This document shows, piece by piece, positions 52,354 to 62,010 of a stretch of 64,000 nucleotides of DNA; positions within the stretch are counted from its first letter, which is position 1; each line of letters starts with the position of its first letter. The stretch spans positions 66,421 through 130,420 of the forward strand of contig CAYSYM010000003.1 of the NCBI GenBank assembly GCA_964435115.1, written 5' to 3'. This stretch comes from an uncultured Chloroflexota bacterium. Its GTDB lineage: Bacteria; Chloroflexota; UBA6077; CF-72. The notes under the pieces were generated by a model. It did not search any database and was not told where the DNA came from. It worked only from the letters and a program-made list of their open reading frames with translations. The position numbers and the translations under genes were made by a program.

Positions 52354-52562
52354 CCCAGGTCGGGGGGCGCGGTGTCCGGGGGCAGCTTCAGGATGGCGTG
52401 CGCGCCCCGCATCGCCAGGGCCTCTTCGCGCGTCATCGGCTGGCCCACCAAGTGGCGCAGCGCGAGATCAACGGCTTCGCTCTTGGTGCGCACACCGTAG
52501 CGGGCCATGATGGCTCGCACGTAGCTGTCCTCGAGCTCGATGTTCGTCCGCACACGACCCAT
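52350..52562 (-). CDS. vapB: VapB-family antitoxin (second copy)
   Basis: MGRVRTNIELEDSYVRAIMARYG is typical of type II VapB; 4-bp overlap with vapC. Confidence 0.65.
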   Translation of the reverse strand: MGRVRTNIELEDSYVRAIMARYGVRTKSEAVDLALRHLVGQPMTREEALAMRGAHAILKLPPDTAPPDLG

Positions 52563-52695
52563 ACACCAATCATACACCTTCACGCGGCGGACTGGGGGGC
52601 TGTCACCCGCAACTGGGGAATCAAGCCGACCGACGGAGCGGGCGACGAAGCTCCGGTGGCGGGTCGCCAACTACGTGGCTTAGTATGTCTCCAGA

Positions 52696-53243
52696 ATGTT
52701 GGGGAAAATCCAGCCTTACAAAGACACGAATAGGCACGGCCCTGACCGCCAGGCGCTCTTCGATGTCGCCAGCGAGCAGTACGGCTACTTCACCGCGGAC
52801 CAGGCGGCCCGGTGCGGCTACGCGCGCGACATGCTGACCTATCACGCCAGGCGGGGCACGTTCCAGCGGGGCACCGCGGCGTCTACCGCTTCCGGGACTA
52901 TCCCTCGTCCCCCCGCGAGCACGTCGCCGCGGCCTGGCTCGCCGTCGGCAAGGACGTGGCCGTGATCTCCCACGCGAGCGCGCTCGACCTCTGGAACCTC
53001 AGCGACGTCATCCCCGATGCCGTCCATCTCACGGTCCCCCGCGCCCGGCGCTCCCGCGCCAACCGGCCCCCGCCGGGCGTGGTCGTCCACACCACCGCCC
53101 GCTGCTGGGGCGATGGCGAGGTGCGCAGCCACGAGGGCCTCCGCCTCACCTCGCCCGAGCGCACCATCCTCGACGCCGCCCAGGCCGGCACCCAGCCCGA
53201 GCAGATCGAGCTGGCCATCGCGCAGGCCCTCCGCCGCGGCTGA
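52696..53243 (+). pseudogene. AbiEi-family (type IV TA antitoxin-like) transcriptional regulator, frameshifted and orphan
   Basis: Frame 1 gives ...QYGYFTADQAARCGYARDMLTYHARRGTFQRG, and after a +1 shift near 52870 frame 2 gives GVYRFRDYPSSPREHVAAAWLAVGKDVAVISHASALDLWNL. Together they form a colinear AbiEi_4-like N-terminus. No AbiEii nucleotidyltransferase is adjacent. Confidence 0.5.
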
Positions 53244-53300
53244 TACAGGGACACCCGCTGAGCTGGTACAGGAGCCGGAAATGGGGTCGTGCTCGGCCGC

Positions 53301-53840
53301 CTACTCGTTCGCCGGCGGTGACGCCGTAGCGAACAGGGCGCTGATGCGCTCGGCGATCGCCGGGGCGTGGGCGATCGCCATAGTCGGCGGTAGGATGGTT
53401 TGGTCCTGGGGGTGGGAGGCCAGGTTCCTGAGCTGTCTGAGGGTATCCCAGCGTCCGTGCTCGTCGGTCGAAAGGACGCCTTGGTCGCGCAGCCACGCCA
53501 GCCGCTTCTCGAATGACTGCGTCGAGGGCGGCGCGCCCAGATCCATGCAGCGGCGGGCCACCGCGGCCTCGGCGACCCGGAACATCTGCTCCAGGCCCAG
53601 CGTGTAGAGCGGGTAGAAGAAGTAGCCGTAGAGGAGGGCGCCGCGCGCGACCTCGAACAGCCTGTGCAGCTCATCGGGCGCCGCGTCGGATAGGCGGATG
53701 GCCAGGATGCGACACGCCCAGTCCTCTCCCGTGATCGGGCGGGGATACCCCTCGGGTGAGAGACTGGCGATGAGCGTAGTGACCGGGTCAGGCTCCAGCC
53801 AGTTCTCCGGCGTCAGGTCTTTGAATCCCCGGCGACTCAT
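53301..53840 (-). CDS. Hypothetical protein with a HEPN-like Rx4H motif (last gene of the defense operon)
   Basis: 179 aa; RQLRNLASHP (R-x4-H); 9-nt gap after the DUF499 stop. Confidence 0.4.
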   Translation of the reverse strand: MSRRGFKDLTPENWLEPDPVTTLIASLSPEGYPRPITGEDWACRILAIRLSDAAPDELHRLFEVARGALLYGYFFYPLYTLGLEQMFRVAEAAVARRCMDLGAPPSTQSFEKRLAWLRDQGVLSTDEHGRWDTLRQLRNLASHPQDQTILPPTMAIAHAPAIAERISALFATASPPANE

Positions 53841-53849
53841 GACATCCGC

Positions 53850-57185
<3,336 letters not shown>

Positions 57186-57196
57186 GCTGCGCCTCC

Positions 57197-57529
57197 TCAG
57201 CTATCGGGCTCCCGGCCGAGCCGTGCTTGCAGGAATGGGACGTCGTAGTGAACCGTGTCCCAGACCAGATCCCAGTTGACGTTGATGTAGTCGTGCACGA
57301 GGCGGTTCCGCATCCCGACGATATCGGCCCACGGAATATCCGGGTAACGGGCGCGGAATTCGGCGGACAGGCGGCGCGCGGCCTCGCCGACGATCATCAG
57401 CTGACGGACCACCGCGTCCCGCCGGAGGCTGTCGCCGATGAAGCTCGTCTTGTCCAGCCCGCCGACGTACTCCCGGATGAGAGCCAGAGCGTCCAAGATA
57501 TGCGCGCGGTAGACCTCGTCACTCTTCAT
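57197..57529 (-). CDS. hepT: HepT-like HEPN toxin (DUF86)
   Basis: MKSDEVYRAHILDALALIREYV...RNRLVHDY (Rx4HxY). Confidence 0.75.
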   Translation of the reverse strand: MKSDEVYRAHILDALALIREYVGGLDKTSFIGDSLRRDAVVRQLMIVGEAARRLSAEFRARYPDIPWADIVGMRNRLVHDYINVNWDLVWDTVHYDVPFLQARLGREPDS

Positions 57530-57848
57530 ACAGGACGATCCGGTCGGACTCGATATACGGGCGGACATGCCGGCTCAGGCCCTCTTCGGTTGTCAACTCC
57601 ACCGGGTGACCGAGCAGCTCCGACAGCTCGCGCTCCAGGCCGAACCAGCGCAGCCCCAGGGGCGGGCGGCCCTCGCTGGGCCGCAGGCGGAGCAGCAGAT
57701 CGATGTCGCTGTCCGGGCGCTGCTCGCCGCGCGCGAACGAGCCGAACAGCTCGATGCGAGACGCGTACGGCCGCAGCACGGGAACGATTTTCGCGCGGAG
57801 CTCGTCCAGCACCGATTTCGGGGGACCGGTTCGGGCGTTCATGTTCAT
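57519..57848 (-). CDS. mntA: MntA-like nucleotidyltransferase antitoxin
   Basis: LFGSFARGEQRPDSDIDLL (GSxxRG...DxD). 11-nt ATGnnnnnnTGA overlap with hepT; the ATG overlaps the DUF1156 stop as ATGA. Confidence 0.75.
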   Translation of the reverse strand: MNMNARTGPPKSVLDELRAKIVPVLRPYASRIELFGSFARGEQRPDSDIDLLLRLRPSEGRPPLGLRWFGLERELSELLGHPVELTTEEGLSRHVRPYIESDRIVLYEE

Positions 57849-60800
57849 GCGAACAGCTCCGTCTGTGCGGGGCGGTCGGTGCCCGCCCCAGCGGCCAGCC
57901 TGGCGATCTCCGGCCAGGCGACGACCAGACTGTTGTAGGCCAGCGCTTCCTGTGCCCAGCGTTTCCGCTCACAGATGACGTAGAGCCGGTAGGCGAGGTC
58001 CCGCGCCACCTCGCCCAGTCCGCCGACCTTCCCCAGCAGCTCGGCCGCCCCCTGCTCACCGTCCTTCTCCAGCCGGCGGATGAGGTGCTGTGTCACCTCC
58101 CACACCGTCAGGCGCGGGTCCTTGGTGGGGTCCCAGCCGGCCGGCAGCCCCTCACGACCCAGCAGGCGCACCTTGCCGCCCCGCGCCCGTAGGATGCCGG
58201 CATCTTCCAGCACCCGCACAGCGGTGTCCTTGGCCTTCGAGAGCGTCTCGGCCACCCCGTAGGGGCCTTCGGCCACGCCGTAGTGCTCGAACCAAGCGAT
58301 GGCCCAGCGGGTGTGGTTGTCGTACTCGCTCTCCTGCTCGGCCAGCACCTGATCGAGCGCCTGGTTTATGAGCCCCAGCGCGATGCGTACTGAGACGTGC
58401 TCGCCGCTAGCGTCCACAACCTTGGAGTAACGAGAGAACACCGCCATGCCCGGGCCGATCGCTGCCTGGGCTAGGTCAACCGGTGCGATGTTGCCGTGCT
58501 GGAGTTTTCTCAGAGCATCAGGCAGCTCTCTCCTGAGCGCGTCCGTGAACTCGCGTCGTGTGGCGAGCCCGGTGGTCGATGGCCGCGGGCGGCAGACGAG
58601 GACGATGGAGGAGGCGAGCGCGTTAGTGCCGATACCCACGCTCCGTGCTCCGCGCTCGGTCCGCACCGGCCATGTGCCGGTAATCGCAAACCCTGCCTTG
58701 AGCAGGCCTTCCAGCATCGTCTCCCACCCTGTGGAGACAATCACTGTTGAACTGTTGCTGTCCGCACCGTCCTGGTCATCTGCCTCAGCCTGCCTGAAGG
58801 CGTAGAACACGGTCAGCGGGTAATCGGGGTGGCCAGCGGCGCGCATCTGCGCGAACGCTTTGCCCAGTCCCTCCTCGAAGAAACGCTTCGCTGCCTCTTT
58901 GCTACCTCCGAAGCGGTATGGCGTCGCAATGAGCTCCTGTGCCTTGGGTGTGAGGAGCGTGCTGAACAGGTCTGGATAGAGTCTTCCCAGCGAGCGCCGG
59001 AGCCAGACGTAGAAGAAGTCCGCCAGATCTGCATACCCGATATTGTCGTAGTACGGTGGGTCGGTGCAGACGAGTGGGTTCGAGACACTGTCGACAGCAA
59101 CTGTCGCGTCAAGCTGCTTGGCCGTCGCCCTAGCTTGTTTGGCTCTTGGTGCTTCGGCGATGGTCTTCGCCACCCATTCCGTTGCGGCTGTCCAATTCGC
59201 AGTCGATTCGCTGAACGCATTGCATTCAGCAAAATCCCAAGTCATAGGAACTGCTTGTCGAGCAAAGCCATTCCGGATGAACTCGCCACTCTGTGCCCAA
59301 GTCGCAAGTGTGTTCCAGTAATCCACACACTTATCAAGTGCGAATGCCAGATAGGTTGCCACGGCGTCGGCATACGCAGTCGGACCCACGCCGCCGTTGA
59401 CCAACGGTGCGCAGTCATCGGGTAGGCCCGCGGATCTGGCGTCGCGTTGCACCTGCTCTCGGACCTCATCCAGGAGGCTGCTGAAGGTAGTAAGTGCCGC
59501 GAGTTGTCGGGACGTAAAGAGATCGCGATGCTTGGTCATGCCATAGAGCTGCACCCTGAAGCCGAGCGCCTGCTCGGGTAGCTCAGTTTCCGGCGCATCG
59601 GTCGGCTGTGCGTTGGCCGCCGTGCGTTCGTGTTCTTCATTCGGAGCTACATACACGCGCCCCCGCTGGCCCTCGCCCACAATCGCCATGAGCTGAACGC
59701 CCATGCGGCCGGCTTTCCCCTCAGCACGGATGTGGTCGAACGGCACAGGGGCGGTGCAGACGATGCATGTTGCGCCGCGCCGGTTCACCGTGCCGTCGCG
59801 CGGCATCCCCTCACCGGTCCGCACGTCGAAGCGCACCGTCTTGGCTGCCCGGTCCACCACCGGCTCAACCCAGGCTTTCTTCCCCGGTTTGCTCGACAAC
59901 CAGAATGAGCGGACCAGGGGCATCTGGGCGCCACAGGCCGGGTTCGGGCACTTCACCGTCCGCGCCCACAGCCAGGCGATGACCGTAGCCTCGCCGCCCC
60001 CATACTCCTTCGGCAGCTGCACCTTCGGATAGAGGTGGCCAATGCGGCGCTCAGCCTCATCGCGCATCCATTTGCCGTAGTAGCGAACGTCTGCCGCCAG
60101 CCCAGCGGCACCCTTCCAGGTAGGAGGAAATAGGAAATAGGAGGTAGGAGTTAGCGGTGGTCGCGCATCGCGGTCAGGACGACCTCGGTGGTCGCTATTT
60201 ACTATTTTGCTATTTTCTATTTCGCCATTTTCTATTTCCTGTTTTCCTATCTCCTGTCCTCGCGAAAGTTGCGCCGCATCGTCGTCAGCATCCTGCCGAC
60301 CTCGTTCAGCAGGACTCGAAGGCGCTCGGTTTCCGCTGCCGGGAACCAGCCAATCTCCTCGCACAACGTTAGGAATGTCTCCGTCTCCGCCAGCGATCCC
60401 TGCGCGACCGCCAGGAACTGCGCCTTCTCCTTGCCCGACTCCCGCGTCCACCCCTCCGCGATGTTCGCCGGGATCGAGACTGCCGCCCTCGTAATCTGCG
60501 ACCGCATCCCGTAGGTTTCCTCCCGCGGCAGCAACGGAGCCAGCCGGTACACTTCCCTGGCCGCCTCCATCGCCTTCTGCCACACCTTCAACTCCCGGTA
60601 ATGCATCGCTACTTCCTATTTCCTGTCTCCTACTTTCTGGGTTCACCGGCGGGAGGTTGGCGAACTTCGGCGGGATCTCGACCAGCGCCTTGCTGATCAA
60701 CACCGCCACTGGATTGAGGTCGCTCGCGTGCGCCTCCAGGCCGAGACGCTGCGCCTCGAGCGGGATCGAGCCGCCGCCGCAGAAGGGGTCGAGCACCGGC

Positions 60801-61198
60801 GGCGGGTTGCCGCCGGTGGCGGCGTGGATCAGCTCCCGCGCCGTGGTCAGGATCTCCTCGTTGTTGCTGTTCTCCCACGGCACCAGCCGCTCGATGAACT
60901 GGAATAGCTTTCTCCGCCGCTGCTCGCCTACTGGTAGGCTGGCCCACTCCGGACCGCGATCTTCCGGCAGCGGTAGGCGGTCGATGCGCTCGAGCAGCGC
61001 CTGGGGGACGCCCGCCTGGTCGGGATCATCAATCAGCGAGGCGAAGAGCACCGCCCGGCAGGCCGCCAAGGGCCGCCGCGCCCACCACAGGTGCAGCGTG
61101 GAGGGGTGTCCGTGCCGGATGGACTTCTCGCGGGCCGACTCGCGGTTGATCGCCTCCAGCGGCAGCGCTACCTCGATCAGCTTTTGGCGATAGCTCAT
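57845..61198 (-). CDS. DUF1156 domain protein (anti-phage-associated adenine-methyltransferase-like), with an in-frame 171-codon insertion
   Basis: N-terminus MSYRQKLIEVALPLEAINRESAREKSIRHGHPSTLHLWWARRPLAACRAVLF is the canonical DUF1156 start. The reading frame continues through the AT-rich insert at 60122..60634. Confidence 0.8.
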   Translation of the reverse strand: MSYRQKLIEVALPLEAINRESAREKSIRHGHPSTLHLWWARRPLAACRAVLFASLIDDPDQAGVPQALLERIDRLPLPEDRGPEWASLPVGEQRRRKLFQFIERLVPWENSNNEEILTTARELIHAATGGNPPPVLDPFCGGGSIPLEAQRLGLEAHASDLNPVAVLISKALVEIPPKFANLPPVNPESRRQEIGSSDALPGVEGVAEGDGGGQGSVPAGSVAAAGGNLRDAVADYEGGSLDPGEHRGGVDAGVGQGEGAVPGGRAGIAGGDGDIPNVVRGDWLVPGSGNRAPSSPAERGRQDADDDAAQLSRGQEIGKQEIENGEIENSKIVNSDHRGRPDRDARPPLTPTSYFLFPPTWKGAAGLAADVRYYGKWMRDEAERRIGHLYPKVQLPKEYGGGEATVIAWLWARTVKCPNPACGAQMPLVRSFWLSSKPGKKAWVEPVVDRAAKTVRFDVRTGEGMPRDGTVNRRGATCIVCTAPVPFDHIRAEGKAGRMGVQLMAIVGEGQRGRVYVAPNEEHERTAANAQPTDAPETELPEQALGFRVQLYGMTKHRDLFTSRQLAALTTFSSLLDEVREQVQRDARSAGLPDDCAPLVNGGVGPTAYADAVATYLAFALDKCVDYWNTLATWAQSGEFIRNGFARQAVPMTWDFAECNAFSESTANWTAATEWVAKTIAEAPRAKQARATAKQLDATVAVDSVSNPLVCTDPPYYDNIGYADLADFFYVWLRRSLGRLYPDLFSTLLTPKAQELIATPYRFGGSKEAAKRFFEEGLGKAFAQMRAAGHPDYPLTVFYAFRQAEADDQDGADSNSSTVIVSTGWETMLEGLLKAGFAITGTWPVRTERGARSVGIGTNALASSIVLVCRPRPSTTGLATRREFTDALRRELPDALRKLQHGNIAPVDLAQAAIGPGMAVFSRYSKVVDASGEHVSVRIALGLINQALDQVLAEQESEYDNHTRWAIAWFEHYGVAEGPYGVAETLSKAKDTAVRVLEDAGILRARGGKVRLLGREGLPAGWDPTKDPRLTVWEVTQHLIRRLEKDGEQGAAELLGKVGGLGEVARDLAYRLYVICERKRWAQEALAYNSLVVAWPEIARLAAGAGTDRPAQTELFA
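60122..60634 (-). mobile_element. In-frame insertion element (about 513 bp) with terminal repeats, carrying a four-helix-bundle protein gene
   Basis: AT-rich relative to its surroundings. The left end is (GGAAATA)n-like ggaggaaataggaaataggaggtaggag. An internal (CTATTTY)8 tandem repeat forms an inverted partner. CTATTTCCTGT..TCC direct repeats sit at 60228-60260 and 60617-60634 and flank the 4HB ORF. Host-frame translation is low-complexity (QEIGKQEIENGEIENSKIVNS...). Confidence 0.5.
60247..60606 (-). CDS. Four-helix-bundle protein (TIGR02436; 23S rRNA intervening-sequence protein / Avd-like family)
   Basis: MHYRELKVWQKAMEAAREVYRL...ETYGMRSQITRAAVSIPANIAEGWTRESGKEKAQFLAVAQGSLAETETFL matches the family pattern (LxVWQKA...YGLTSQLRRAAVSIPSNIAEG...QFL.IA.GSL.ELET). 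119 aa; GGAAG RBS. Confidence 0.75.
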   Translation of the reverse strand: MHYRELKVWQKAMEAAREVYRLAPLLPREETYGMRSQITRAAVSIPANIAEGWTRESGKEKAQFLAVAQGSLAETETFLTLCEEIGWFPAAETERLRVLLNEVGRMLTTMRRNFREDRR

Positions 61199-61253
61199 GT
61201 GCTCCTCGTCTCTTTCACGGTGCGCCCCGGACGTTCGCTTTTTCGACCAGCCA

Positions 61254-61643
61254 TCACAACCCAAGCTGCCGGCGGACGAAGCCGACCAGGTCGCGGGCGA
61301 GCTGCAGGGCCTGCTCGGCGTCGGCCACTGGCGGCGCAAGCGGCCCACCCGGATAGCGGAATTCGGTCGCCAGTGGGGTCAAGATGCGGGCCGTGGTCGC
61401 GAATTGACTGAACTCCGGCTGGATCGCCTCGCACAGCGGGAGCACGAGGTTCAGGTTATGTGTCAGCGGGAAGGTGCGATCGTGGGCGGCGAGGAACGCC
61501 TTCAACGCCTTCTCGGCGGCCTGCTGCGCATGATAGGCGACCATATCCGGGAGCGGCACTGCCAGCAGGGCCTCCGCCGCCTCGAGGTCGCGCTCCGCCC
61601 GCGCCAGCCAATCCTGTGCCTCGCGCAGCGCTTCAGGCCGCAT
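61254..61643 (-). CDS. HEPN domain protein
   Basis: Start MRPEALREAQDWLARAERDL...; typical HEPN (AYHAQQAAEKALKAFL). 11-nt overlap with the upstream MNT gene. Confidence 0.6.
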   Translation of the reverse strand: MRPEALREAQDWLARAERDLEAAEALLAVPLPDMVAYHAQQAAEKALKAFLAAHDRTFPLTHNLNLVLPLCEAIQPEFSQFATTARILTPLATEFRYPGGPLAPPVADAEQALQLARDLVGFVRRQLGL

Positions 61644-62010
61644 AGAGCAGCCTCCCCTCGCGGAGTATGGTCCCGGGCAGGGACGCGACCGCTGGCGCCC
61701 GCGCGTCGAACTCCGCACGGGTCATGAAGACGACCTCCAGGGGAAGCCTGAGTGGGGTGAGCTCCGCGTAGGCCGCCGAGGCCAGACGATACGTGGGCTC
61801 CGCCGCGGCCGGCACAACGACGAGCAGATCGATATCACTGTCCGGCCCGGCCGTCCCGCGCGCCTGCGAGCCGAAGACGTAAATCCGCTCGGGGCGAAAC
61901 GCTTCCACCAGTCGCTGCACCGCGCGCGCCAGCTCCTCCACCTGGGTCGGCGGCAGGTGGGGCAGCTCGCTCCGGATGTGTCCCTCGAATCCTCCTATCT
62001 CACTGCTCAC
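61633..62010 (-). CDS. Minimal nucleotidyltransferase (MNT) domain protein
   Basis: IYVFGSQARGTAGPDSDIDLLVVV. The GTG start at 62010 overlaps the helicase stop as GTGA, with a GGGGAGAG RBS. The 5' part of the 223-aa ORF is rejected. Confidence 0.65.
   Translation of the reverse strand: MSSEIGGFEGHIRSELPHLPPTQVEELARAVQRLVEAFRPERIYVFGSQARGTAGPDSDIDLLVVVPAAAEPTYRLASAAYAELTPLRLPLEVVFMTRAEFDARAPAVASLPGTILREGRLLYAA

Noticed and set aside
60195-60260. CRISPR-like short repeats (CTATTTY x8)
   Set aside because: These are 7-8-bp tandem units without spacers and lie inside a coding frame. This is a microsatellite-like component of the insertion element, not a CRISPR array.
60247-60606. A diversity-generating retroelement inferred from the Avd-like four-helix-bundle gene
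   Set aside because: No reverse transcriptase, template repeat or variable repeat is detectable in the window. Only the family resemblance is noted.
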